Shown in pieces: positions 14,913 through 23,248 of a DNA stretch of 54,953 nucleotides. The translations under genes were made by a program, and so were the position numbers. This DNA comes from a virus, in the IMG/VR virus record IMGVR_UViG_3300024991_000003; one strand, 5' to 3'. Numbering within the stretch: the stretch's first letter is position 1; every line of letters begins with the position of its first letter. Below the pieces are notes generated by a model. The model did no database searches, had not been told where the DNA came from, and worked only from the letters and a program-made list of their open reading frames with translations.

Positions 14913-15158
14913 ATGGCTGACAAGAGGTTTGACGATTTGATGTATTTCATCGGGAAACGCATCGCATCGTTGAAGGTCAACGGTCGTGTGTCGGTTCGCG
15001 TTTGGCTTACTGAGCCAGATTTTAATTTGATGCGCAATCATCACAGTATTCCAAGCAAAAATACCAAATGGACGGTTTACGGTTTACCGGTGCAAGAGGA
15101 TAATATGTTGCGTCAATCCAGAGTTGTTTGCGAGGATGGCTATGCGAGTAAAATATGA
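14913..15158 (+). CDS. hypothetical protein (81 aa)
   Basis: Track ORF 14886..15158 (GTG) trimmed to the ATG after GAGGGG. Confidence 0.6.
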   Translation: MADKRFDDLMYFIGKRIASLKVNGRVSVRVWLTEPDFNLMRNHHSIPSKNTKWTVYGLPVQEDNMLRQSRVVCEDGYASKI

Positions 15159-15285
15159 TGATCATGGCGGATGGCTCCATTTTCCCAACGGTGCTATCGT
15201 GCAGGTACGTGATGAGACAATCGATAAACTCATCGCCGCGCGTAATGAGTATTTGTGGGAACAAAAGCACAGGGGGAAACGATGA
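15142..15285 (+). CDS. small protein (47 aa), absent from the ORF track
   Basis: Hand translation MRVKYDDHGGWLHFPNGAIVQVRDETIDKLIAARNEYLWEQKHRGKR; GAGGA SD; its TGA overlaps the next ATG (ATGA). Confidence 0.5.
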   Translation: MRVKYDDHGGWLHFPNGAIVQVRDETIDKLIAARNEYLWEQKHRGKR

Positions 15286-15482
15286 CATTGCCACCCGATA
15301 AGATAGGCGATCAAGGTCAACGATACTTCATTGAAACATTCGGTTATCCGAAGCCCAATCAATGGAACAACGCAGCATATTGCACTCATGCTGATGACGC
15401 TAAGGCATTGGCAAAAGGATTGCGGTTGATCCCCAGCGTTAAGGATGTGCGGATCACTGATCGGGCAGAGGTGCGCAAATGA
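15282..15482 (+). CDS. hypothetical protein (66 aa)
   Basis: Track ORF 15255..15482 trimmed to the ATG after AGGGGGA. Confidence 0.6.
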   Translation: MTLPPDKIGDQGQRYFIETFGYPKPNQWNNAAYCTHADDAKALAKGLRLIPSVKDVRITDRAEVRK

Positions 15483-15685
15483 CACAACGCCTAATCGATA
15501 TTCGCGAGGAAGCACTCAGCCACGTCCAAGTCGCGGTTGCTGAAATTCTCGCCGCAAACGGTAAGATGCAGAGTGCGCTCAAACCGCTGTTTGAAGAAAT
15601 GGACGGTATTGAGGCACCAAACAGTTTCAAGGCGGCAATCATTCGCGATATTTTCGCCAAACTTAATGAGGGGGTTGGAGCGTGA
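15479..15685 (+). CDS. hypothetical protein (68 aa)
   Basis: Track ORF; ATGA overlap with the upstream stop. Confidence 0.65.
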   Translation: MTQRLIDIREEALSHVQVAVAEILAANGKMQSALKPLFEEMDGIEAPNSFKAAIIRDIFAKLNEGVGA

Positions 15686-15897
15686 GTAAATTTATCCCAC
15701 TCCATATCATAGCCGAAGCTAAATACAAACTTGGCGACCTGTTGCAAAAGAAATCCGGTGCTGCTTGGCACGGCACTGTTGTTGGATTTTACAGCACTGC
15801 GTTGACGCGCATTGGCTATTGCATCGAAAGCAGCAGGGAACCGGGCAGCGTCCAGCTTTACCCTGAAAGTGCGCTTGAACCTTGGGACGGTAACTGA
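15682..15897 (+). CDS. hypothetical protein (71 aa)
   Basis: Track ORF; GTG after GGAG; GTGA overlap with the upstream stop. Confidence 0.6.
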   Translation: MSKFIPLHIIAEAKYKLGDLLQKKSGAAWHGTVVGFYSTALTRIGYCIESSREPGSVQLYPESALEPWDGN

Positions 15898-16187
15898 TGC
15901 GCCAGCAACTCAGCAAGAGGCAGCATGAATGTCTCCAATTCGCCAGCGAAGGATATAACGCGACCGAGATCGGCAAGCTGTTGGGCATTTCCCCACGCTC
16001 TGTTGAGGTTCACCGGGCATTTGCCAAGAAAAAACTCGGTGCAGCTACGATCAGCCATGCCATGATGATTTTCAATTATTCACATGGTTGGCCGCAGTAT
16101 GGTGAGGACATTGCCGGAATTGTCACCGAAGAACAATGGCGCGCGTTGCAGGTTGCAATGGCAGCAAGACACGGATTGGAGTTGTAA
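15897..16187 (+). CDS. LuxR/GerE-type HTH transcriptional regulator (96 aa)
   Basis: LSKRQHECLQFASEGYNATEIGKLLGISPRSVEVHRAFAKKKLG matches the LuxR C-terminal HTH pattern. Confidence 0.8.
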   Translation: MRQQLSKRQHECLQFASEGYNATEIGKLLGISPRSVEVHRAFAKKKLGAATISHAMMIFNYSHGWPQYGEDIAGIVTEEQWRALQVAMAARHGLEL

Positions 16188-16190
16188 AAT

Positions 16191-16859
16191 ATGACACACA
16201 TTATGCTTGATCTCGAAACATGGGGCAATCGTCCCGGCATGGATTTGTGCAGTATTGGCGCTTGTGTGTTTGATCCCGAAACGGGATTTGTCGCAACGCG
16301 CAACAGCGGCGGCACATTTTATGTTGCGGTGGATAATCCAATCATCAATACCTGCGATTACTGCGGTGATGGGAAATATACCGGGCTTCCGGGTGATGCC
16401 TGTGAAAATTGTATGAATACTGGTTTTTACCACGGTGAGCCTGAATATAAATACAACCTGCAACGCGATCCCGGCACTGTCGCATGGTGGAATGAGCCGG
16501 AACAAGCCGAAGCGACCAAGGCGTTCGCTGATCCGGTCGATTTGATGGATGGGCTGGTGCTGTTTACCAAATGGTTTCTGTCCATGGGTTGCACCCACAT
16601 CTGGGGCCATGGTGCGCATTATGACGTGCCCATTCTCGGTGCGGTCTATCATGCTCTCGGCAGCAAGGAACCGTGGCACTATCGAGCGCCTCGCGACACC
16701 CGCACCATTTTCGACGCAGCGGGCATCTCAGACCATCCAGCGCATCTGGCGGCTCATGCGACCGGGACGCATCATAATGCGCTGGACGACGCTCTCTGCC
16801 AAGCTGCGGCGGTCTGTGATGCATGGGGTCGTATCCATCGGTGGGATGACGGCAAATGA
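16191..16859 (+). CDS. DEDDh 3'-5' exonuclease (DnaQ-like fold) with an inserted CxxCxGxG zinc finger (222 aa)
   Basis: Exo motifs LDLET, HGAHYDV and HHNALDDA; insertion CDYCGDGKYTGLPGDACENCMNTG between Exo I and Exo II. Confidence 0.75.
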   Translation: MTHIMLDLETWGNRPGMDLCSIGACVFDPETGFVATRNSGGTFYVAVDNPIINTCDYCGDGKYTGLPGDACENCMNTGFYHGEPEYKYNLQRDPGTVAWWNEPEQAEATKAFADPVDLMDGLVLFTKWFLSMGCTHIWGHGAHYDVPILGAVYHALGSKEPWHYRAPRDTRTIFDAAGISDHPAHLAAHATGTHHNALDDALCQAAAVCDAWGRIHRWDDGK

Positions 16860-17059
16860 GCGAGATGCCTCAGCCCATGCGCCTTGAGTTGTATCGCTTT
16901 GAGAGCGCCACAGAAGCCCGCATGATCCGCCACAAGGCGATTGCTGATGGATTGGTTAGCCGAGGTATGTGTACGAGGCAATCACCCCGAACGCTCCTAT
17001 TGCGCCTGACCGAGGCAGGGCGGGCATGGTTGCTTGACAGGGGCGTCAAGGTGTCTTAG
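16856..17059 (+). CDS. hypothetical protein (67 aa)
   Basis: Track ORF; ATGA overlap with the upstream stop. Confidence 0.6.
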   Translation: MSEMPQPMRLELYRFESATEARMIRHKAIADGLVSRGMCTRQSPRTLLLRLTEAGRAWLLDRGVKVS

Positions 17060-17091
17060 CAAGGCATTGTTGCTTGTGCAGGTAACAAAGG

Positions 17092-17128
17092 AAACCCCCG
17101 GAGGCCGTTGAAAACTCCGGGGGTTTTT
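17092..17128. terminator. Rho-independent terminator between convergent genes
   Basis: aaacccccggag-N11-ctccgggggttt (12-bp stem) then tt(t)gc; sits between the 17059 (+) and 17136 (-) gene ends. Confidence 0.8.
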
Positions 17129-17135
17129 GCTGCGT

Positions 17136-17549
17136 CTAGCGTTCAATCACGTCACCCAAACCACCTTTAGGGACGGGTGCGATCTCACCGGTCAAATTTG
17201 GGCCAAGCACTGCCATTTGAAATACCGGATGCACAACGCGCTGTGGGCTGCACAGCATACTGAGACGCAAAACACCGCCATTTTGCAGCGCCTTTATCTC
17301 GTCCTCACTCATCCGATAAATGCTGTGAAGTTTCACCATCCCCGTCAGTGTGTCGAGTTCGGGTTGGACGTAGATCGTCAGACATTCACCGTCCAAATCT
17401 TCTACCCAATCACGCGGTTTGCCGATGGGTGTTGCGCCGGGGAAATCACATATTTGCATTGAAAATTCCACTTCCATCAGAGCAATGAATGTACCACAGT
17501 TTACCATCACGCCAATATTGGCGTGATGCTTCGTATGTCTTTCCATCAT
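17136..17549 (-). CDS. hypothetical protein (137 aa; start uncertain)
   Basis: Track ORF downstream of the primase gene; an internal ATG (MQICDFPG) has a better SD (GGAAGTGGA). Confidence 0.55.
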   Translation of the reverse strand: MMERHTKHHANIGVMVNCGTFIALMEVEFSMQICDFPGATPIGKPRDWVEDLDGECLTIYVQPELDTLTGMVKLHSIYRMSEDEIKALQNGGVLRLSMLCSPQRVVHPVFQMAVLGPNLTGEIAPVPKGGLGDVIER

Positions 17550-17597
17550 TGCGACTATTAAAAGTTTTGGCTAATGCTGTTGCCCTAGCGTAGGTCA

Positions 17598-19901
17598 TCA
17601 AACGTATCCCTGTGCTGGCCCATATCCCGCAGGATCGGCATAACCATTACAATAAAACACTGTGGCGCGCACTTCTGCACTCTCTTGGAACCATGGGCGC
17701 GGCGCTCGACCACAATCCTTATATCCCATTTCAGCCAAACAACGCCCGATAGCATCAAGCGAGGGTGTACGCACCAATGCCCCATCCGCCTTTACTTTAC
17801 GCAGGACGGCAAGGCTCGATACCCAGCCATTTTTGAAGCCGTCCAAGCCATCATCAATCCCCTCAGCGATACAACGCTCAAGCGGGCTGCGACCTGCAAT
17901 AACGGCTTCATCCCAACTGGTGGTTTTGGGTGCGCGCATAGGAATAGCACCACGCTCAATTTGATAATGTGTCATAAACCACTCAGCAACCGCAGCGGCA
18001 CCACCAGCATCAAGCCAGTCATACAAGCACTTGAAATAGTGTTCGCCCATCTGGCGATCCAACAAATCCTGTGCGGTCTGGATCGGGCTGAAAAAGATTG
18101 CAAAGCGACGACCATTCTTGTTGACTGGGACGGCATCTTTATAATTGGTGAAAAACCCCCAATTAGCAAAGTTGTCCTCAAGCTGCTGATCGACACCCTT
18201 GGACTGCACTTCGATGCGGAATTCAGAGATCATCGGTTTCAGTACTTCGATCAAGTCGCGGCGATCATCCACCTTGATTTCATCGGCAAGGATGAACAAT
18301 TTGTTGCGCATCCAGCCGTTGAATTGCGAACCTGATGCCGTCAATTCCTTGGCATTGGGAAAATAGACATAGCTTTGACCGATGCAATGAGTAATGATGC
18401 GTTTGATCACGCCTTTACCTGCACCTTCCGCGCTCTGGATCACAAATGACCAAGGAATTTTGTGCCCCGGATATTTGATATTGTGCGCGAGGTAATCCAA
18501 CAGAATGCGCTGATCTATCGGGTCAGGCAGCAGCATCGCAATGTGACGCAAAAACGGTGTCACATCTCCCGGCGCACGTTCAATATGCGCAGGCTTATAG
18601 GTGTTGATACCGATGCGTCCCATATCGTCAGTAATCCATTCGCCATGCGGTTTACTTGGCAAAAAACGAATATGATCGACCTTGGGAATTTGAAACAATG
18701 TGCCGCGCGTGGCAGCCTGCCATGCCTCATTACTCGTTTTGCCGCCGCTAGTGACAATAAACAGCTTACCACCGTATTTAGCGTTAAATTGATTGGAATT
18801 GAGAAAACGCCCATCAGCATCCATAATTAAGCCGAGGTTGATGACATATGTGCAACCTTTAAACCATTCAGCTTGCTCAAGATGTGTCAAAAATTCACCG
18901 CTGCAATCCAGCGGTTGCGGCCCCGGCATTTCCGGTACGTCTGATGGAGTATTCGCAACAGCAGTGCTTCGCTTTTTCTCACCGAACGACATGAACGCTT
19001 GCAATGTCGGGACGCGGCGAACAACGCTGTGCCACCCCAATTCAGTGTTGCGAATACTGTCCCACTGCTTGAGGTTTTCGCCCTCATCGTTTTTATCGTA
19101 ACGAGCGCACCAACGCGCCCACATTTCGTAAAGCGTTTCCGGGCTGGCTAGTGACCAACCGGCTTGTTTGATGCCGCTCGTAAGCGCGATCCATTCATAA
19201 CGATCAAGCGCATTGGGATCGACTAAATCGAGAGCGCGTTGCAACCATTCCAGTGATGGCGCAGCTAATTCAGGATCACCCAATTCGTGGCGCGTACCAA
19301 TTCCGCCATCGATCACCAATACGCCTGCCGTTGCAGCCTCAAGGTGTTCAACCGTCAGCGGTACACCATACCCTTGCAACGCATGACAGGTGACAAGATG
19401 CGGCTCACCCTTGAGGTGATAAAATCCCGGCAGACGCATAACGCGCGTTGGATCGATGACGTTCTTGTCACCGTTGAACAACTGGCGCAATTTACGCTGC
19501 ACCAATTCAAAACGTTCGTTGCCGACATATGCTTGGACGGGCCAATATACGTGATACTTGTTGGGTGATGAGTTGACGCAAAACCAAGGTAGCGGGTTAA
19601 ATTCCGATGCGCGCGCAAGTTGCTGCGGCGCATCAATCCCGTCCAAGTCGGCATAGTTTGCGCGACAATAGGCTACGTTTTCCAACATACGCCCAACGCC
19701 ATCCATGATCGATGGTGTTACAAAGATGCCATATCCTTGGTTGTTTTGCTCAACCAACCACTGCCAGCATTCGGCCAATGTCCCACGGCGCGGGCGCGCA
19801 GGAATATCCTTGAGTTGATCATGAATGGCCCGGAATTCTTGTACTTGCTCAGTACCAAGCGCCGCCAGATAAGATGCGGCCATCTCATACGATTGTGTCA
19901 C
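17598..19901 (-). CDS. bifunctional DNA primase-polymerase / SF3 helicase (767 aa)
   Basis: Prim-pol motifs YGIFVTP, DLDGID and KYHVYWP; central PriCT-like segment; C-terminal NTPase with GAGKG and LFILADE; GTG start. Confidence 0.85.
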   Translation of the reverse strand: MTQSYEMAASYLAALGTEQVQEFRAIHDQLKDIPARPRRGTLAECWQWLVEQNNQGYGIFVTPSIMDGVGRMLENVAYCRANYADLDGIDAPQQLARASEFNPLPWFCVNSSPNKYHVYWPVQAYVGNERFELVQRKLRQLFNGDKNVIDPTRVMRLPGFYHLKGEPHLVTCHALQGYGVPLTVEHLEAATAGVLVIDGGIGTRHELGDPELAAPSLEWLQRALDLVDPNALDRYEWIALTSGIKQAGWSLASPETLYEMWARWCARYDKNDEGENLKQWDSIRNTELGWHSVVRRVPTLQAFMSFGEKKRSTAVANTPSDVPEMPGPQPLDCSGEFLTHLEQAEWFKGCTYVINLGLIMDADGRFLNSNQFNAKYGGKLFIVTSGGKTSNEAWQAATRGTLFQIPKVDHIRFLPSKPHGEWITDDMGRIGINTYKPAHIERAPGDVTPFLRHIAMLLPDPIDQRILLDYLAHNIKYPGHKIPWSFVIQSAEGAGKGVIKRIITHCIGQSYVYFPNAKELTASGSQFNGWMRNKLFILADEIKVDDRRDLIEVLKPMISEFRIEVQSKGVDQQLEDNFANWGFFTNYKDAVPVNKNGRRFAIFFSPIQTAQDLLDRQMGEHYFKCLYDWLDAGGAAAVAEWFMTHYQIERGAIPMRAPKTTSWDEAVIAGRSPLERCIAEGIDDGLDGFKNGWVSSLAVLRKVKADGALVRTPSLDAIGRCLAEMGYKDCGRAPRPWFQESAEVRATVFYCNGYADPAGYGPAQGYV

Positions 19902-20071
19902 CCTTTATTCCCCCGCAGCCATGCATCCAATTCCTCTACCGACCAACGCCGGGGATTTGTGCCCTCAAGCGGCTGTACGGGGAAGCGCCCGCTTTTCAAC
20001 TGATTGTAAAGGGTGCGCCGGGACACGCCTATGTGCCGTGCCACGGCGGCAAGTTGGAGAGTTTTAGCCAT
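19898..20071 (-). CDS. AlpA/excisionase-type HTH protein (57 aa), absent from the ORF track
   Basis: Hand translation MAKTLQLAAVARHIGVSRRTLYNQLKSGRFPVQPLEGTNPRRWSVEELDAWLRGNKG; its TGA overlaps the primase GTG (GTGA). Confidence 0.7.
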   Translation of the reverse strand: MAKTLQLAAVARHIGVSRRTLYNQLKSGRFPVQPLEGTNPRRWSVEELDAWLRGNKG

Positions 20072-20140
20072 GGCGGTTTGCTACCTCACCGCCCGGTCAG
20101 GTGTCAATCACAGTTTTGCGCACAATTGCACACTTTTCGC

Positions 20141-20168
20141 TTGACCAGCAAAAATGGCGGATTATCTA
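20141..20168 (+). promoter_or_regulatory. Putative promoter for the 20154..21844 block
   Basis: TTGACC-N16-TATCTA in the divergent gap; if real, the CDS start moves to ATG 20181 or 20196. Confidence 0.3.
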
Positions 20169-20471
20169 GGTTGGGACGATATGGGGAGATTGAGCATGCG
20201 CGTACTGGAATGGCTTTGGAGCGCAGGAAACGCACTCAAGCGCGAGAAAGAGCGCAGCGCCGCCTTGCATGAGCAATTGCACAAGAGCAATGAGATGCTG
20301 ATGGAATGCGCAGAAGCTGCTACGTTGGTTTCCATCAACCGCAATGGGCGGCAAATCGTGCTGACATTCATACGTAACGGTGAAATTTACCGCATGCATT
20401 GTTACGCAGCTATTGACTTTAACATTGCGCAATGGCAGAGATTGCTGGTGGATAAGGAGCTGCAATCATGA
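20154..20471 (+). CDS. hypothetical protein (105 aa or shorter)
   Basis: Track ORF; ATG 20154 has no SD; ATG 20196 follows GGGGAG. Confidence 0.6.
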   Translation: MADYLGWDDMGRLSMRVLEWLWSAGNALKREKERSAALHEQLHKSNEMLMECAEAATLVSINRNGRQIVLTFIRNGEIYRMHCYAAIDFNIAQWQRLLVDKELQS

Positions 20472-20857
20472 CAATCTATTACCGACTGATTGATAGCAAA
20501 GATTGTCACGGTCAGGCTGTCATTAGCACCGTTCAGTTTGTGGTGATCAAGGAAACACCAAAGGGTGTTTGGATTGCCAATCAATGGATGGTTAGGGAAA
20601 ATTGGCCAACATTGGTTGAAAAACACAAGCACTTCATTCTCCATGATGCACGACGCAAATATGCATACCCAACATGGGAAGAAGCGCGACGAGGCTACAT
20701 CCATCGCAAGCAGTCCCAAATCAAACATGCTGCTGCGGCGCATGATAACGCCAAAGAGCGTTTGATGATTGCGCAAAAGCTAACGGAATATAAACCTACG
20801 GTTGAGGGGCAGCGGGACTTGTTGTTCGATCAGACTGCACTGAAACCCTTGTTTTAA
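20468..20857 (+). CDS. hypothetical protein (129 aa)
   Basis: Track ORF; ATGA overlap with the upstream stop. Confidence 0.7.
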   Translation: MTIYYRLIDSKDCHGQAVISTVQFVVIKETPKGVWIANQWMVRENWPTLVEKHKHFILHDARRKYAYPTWEEARRGYIHRKQSQIKHAAAAHDNAKERLMIAQKLTEYKPTVEGQRDLLFDQTALKPLF

Positions 20858-20869
20858 GGAAACCAACCA

Positions 20870-21142
20870 ATGATCGAAGAATTCAAAGGCTTCAAGTCCA
20901 GTGATGGGCAAATTCACACTGTTGAATATGAAGCATGGAAGGCAGAATTCTCCATCTGGCTCAAAAAGCATGGTGTGGACAATGCAGGTATCGTCGCGCA
21001 GATTGTCAAGGCGGTCGATGACGGCAAACCTGATACACTTAATACTTTGCGCCAGATCATTGATGGCATGGCAGCGGCAAGCGCGCCCAAGATCATCGCC
21101 GCAACGATTGAGGTGGCCATTCCCACAGCGGAGTTGAAATAA
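20870..21142 (+). CDS. hypothetical protein (90 aa)
   Basis: Track ORF; AAGGA SD. Confidence 0.7.
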   Translation: MIEEFKGFKSSDGQIHTVEYEAWKAEFSIWLKKHGVDNAGIVAQIVKAVDDGKPDTLNTLRQIIDGMAAASAPKIIAATIEVAIPTAELK

Positions 21143-21143
21143 G

Positions 21144-21428
21144 ATGACATATACCGCCAGCGGCAAACAAGTCCTATGCAACGGCAAGCATTTTGCTGAT
21201 GCTGCAACACCCGGCACGGCGCTGGAAATTGCAGAGGCCATGCGACGATATGACGCTGAGCGATATGAAACTAGTTGCTTATCGGTGCCTGACCTGTTTG
21301 ATACTCAGCAGGATTTACCGCCGCCGATCAATGATCATACGCGCCGTAGATATAGCGATGAGATCGTGTGTACCTGCGGCAAGCGATGGGATGTGAATGA
21401 TGAGCCGCCAAGCTGCTGCGCAGGGTGA
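21144..21428 (+). CDS. hypothetical protein (94 aa)
   Basis: Track ORF; GGAG SD upstream. Confidence 0.65.
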   Translation: MTYTASGKQVLCNGKHFADAATPGTALEIAEAMRRYDAERYETSCLSVPDLFDTQQDLPPPINDHTRRRYSDEIVCTCGKRWDVNDEPPSCCAG

Positions 21429-21606
21429 TTGCTTCATTCCGTGGCGCTGGCAAGGGCCACCATGGGCTATCAAGCAATCTGGCCCTTGGACGATCACCGA
21501 TAGCAATGGTGGCGCACACCTCATCCTCTGGTATTTCAACCGGCCTTACGCACACGCTAGCGAGGCCATGATTGAGAAGATTTTCAATGATCAGCTACAA
21601 CTTTAG
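21397..21606 (+). CDS. hypothetical protein (69 aa)
   Basis: Track ORF; overlaps both neighbouring genes. Confidence 0.5.
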   Translation: MMSRQAAAQGDCFIPWRWQGPPWAIKQSGPWTITDSNGGAHLILWYFNRPYAHASEAMIEKIFNDQLQL

Positions 21607-21844
21607 CCGTCCTGGCAGGCTCCCGACTACGCAAACATTGGTGCGCTATCACGCTGAGGCAGATCGCTTCTATTTTCGGGAATTGGATGCCAATGGTGGT
21701 CTGTGTCGGTCTGGCATCGTTGACCCGGCTGATTTGCCGATTGAGGTTGAGGATGCTGCGCGAGACGCAGAATGGCGCAAGGGCAGTCACAACCGATATG
21801 TTTATTGGAAATCTGGCCCTGCCAGCATATTGGATGATCAATAA
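21587..21844 (+). CDS. hypothetical protein (85 aa)
   Basis: The track start at 21572 is TTG; the first in-frame ATG is 21587 (MISYNF..). Confidence 0.55.
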   Translation: MISYNFSRPGRLPTTQTLVRYHAEADRFYFRELDANGGLCRSGIVDPADLPIEVEDAARDAEWRKGSHNRYVYWKSGPASILDDQ

Positions 21845-22137
21845 CCCTGCATGAACCCAATCTTGTCCGCTTCTGACAAGTCAGCAACAGCATAGTGCCG
21901 CGCTACGATTAGCTGCGGCACTATTACTGCATCACGACGCCGTACAGCTTCACGTGCGATAGCGTCACGCATGTTTTCGCTCGATCCGAAGTGATAGAGG
22001 ACTGCACCATGGGACAGGCGGATTTCCTTGCCGATCCGGCGCGCGGTCGCAAGAGACGCATCCATGCGCCAGAGCGCGAGGCCAGTCTCAATGATGGTCG
22101 CTTTGACCGTCTCGCCATGGGAATTTGTCTTACGCAC
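21838..22137 (-). CDS. TetR-type HTH protein lacking a ligand-binding domain (99 aa)
   Basis: TIIETGLALW..TARRIGKEIRLSHGAVLYHFGSSENMRDAI fits the TetR N-terminal HTH; GTG start; last gene of the operon. Confidence 0.6.
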   Translation of the reverse strand: MRKTNSHGETVKATIIETGLALWRMDASLATARRIGKEIRLSHGAVLYHFGSSENMRDAIAREAVRRRDAVIVPQLIVARHYAVADLSEADKIGFMQGY

Positions 22138-22525
22138 GTCTCACAATCCTTAAAGCATCCTGAGGGTCTGTCACAAACCCAGCAAAACCGCAAGCATCTT
22201 TGACAAGGCGGTGAAAATTTGCTTGAGCTTGTCCCCTCTTGTCACCGGGTGTCAAATGCCAACCCGGTTTTTTGATCTCAAGTGCAGTGAATACGCCAAG
22301 ATAATATCCAACCATGTCGCCGGTAATTAGTGTTGGTGTGATCCCGATGAGATCGCTTGACTTGAATTTTTTATTTTGTTGTTCACTTTCATTGCAAAGC
22401 CCGTAGCGGATAAAGTTGCCATACTCATCTTGATAGGCACCACTATTATTGCGCCACATTTGTCCCATCGTTGCCTCGATAAAGACTTGACGGGTTTGCT
22501 GTTGTGTGAGGCTCTCAGATGCCAT
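22130..22525 (-). CDS. VRR-NUC domain nuclease (131 aa)
   Basis: Track ORF 22130..22675 trimmed to the ATG after AGGAGA; ..SDLIGITP...FTALEIKKPG...QAQANFHRLVKDACGFAGFV fits VRR-NUC. Confidence 0.65.
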   Translation of the reverse strand: MASESLTQQQTRQVFIEATMGQMWRNNSGAYQDEYGNFIRYGLCNESEQQNKKFKSSDLIGITPTLITGDMVGYYLGVFTALEIKKPGWHLTPGDKRGQAQANFHRLVKDACGFAGFVTDPQDALRIVRRA

Positions 22526-22895
22526 CGTGCATTCTCCTAACAATGCAGGTTGCGGCATTTCCCATGGATTGCGCACAACGCATCGCTTTTTCAAATTGTC
22601 CTCGGTTGATCGCTTTGATCCAATTTTGATGATTTGCGTGAAGTGCCATGACGTACATACTAGTCTCAACCGCACCAGCTTGCACAGCCAGTTTACGCTT
22701 ACTCATTGCAATGTCAAAATGCTCCCAACTGGCATCCATTCCGATCTCACAATCACCGTTCGGGCGCTGAAACCACTTGATTTGGACGCCAATCTTGCTG
22801 GCCATGGCAAACAATTCCTCGCGGGTATCAGCCCACATATGGCACATTTTCATGCGCCCATAGGATGCCTCCATGTTATCGACATAGACGGTCAT
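22515..22895 (-). CDS. DUF4031-like protein (126 aa)
   Basis: The track start at 22898 is TTG; ATG at 22895. MTVYVDN...KMCHMWADTREELFAMASKIGV..KWFQ fits the DUF4031 N-terminal pattern. Confidence 0.55.
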   Translation of the reverse strand: MTVYVDNMEASYGRMKMCHMWADTREELFAMASKIGVQIKWFQRPNGDCEIGMDASWEHFDIAMSKRKLAVQAGAVETSMYVMALHANHQNWIKAINRGQFEKAMRCAQSMGNAATCIVRRMHDGI

Positions 22896-23248
22896 CAAAA
22901 CTGAAACTCATAAGGCAAACTGACATTCATCGGTGCATAATTAAACATCGGTGCAATCTGTGATGGTCTGTATCCTGCCAATCCGCAACCAATCGGTGTA
23001 ACCCTGAAACTATCCTCAGGGTGTTTGTGCGCATAATCCAAGAATGCCAGCACAAAATGGTGAATGAGCGGCAACGGTAGGACGGGCATTCGTTTTTTAC
23101 CGAAACCCTTGGTGGGGATCGCATAACTATTGCCTTGCCGTCCCCACCCGACACCATAAATTGCGCCATGGTTTTGCAATGCAAACAACGCTGCACCTTT
23201 ACCATGTCTGCCCGCTAAATTACTACCAAATACAAACACCTCAGCCAC
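22895..23248 (-). CDS. A1S_2505-like phage non-structural protein (117 aa)
   Basis: VFVFGSNLAGRHGKGAA...GNSYAIPTKG signature recalled for that family; GTG after GGAGGTG. Confidence 0.45.
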   Translation of the reverse strand: MAEVFVFGSNLAGRHGKGAALFALQNHGAIYGVGWGRQGNSYAIPTKGFGKKRMPVLPLPLIHHFVLAFLDYAHKHPEDSFRVTPIGCGLAGYRPSQIAPMFNYAPMNVSLPYEFQF

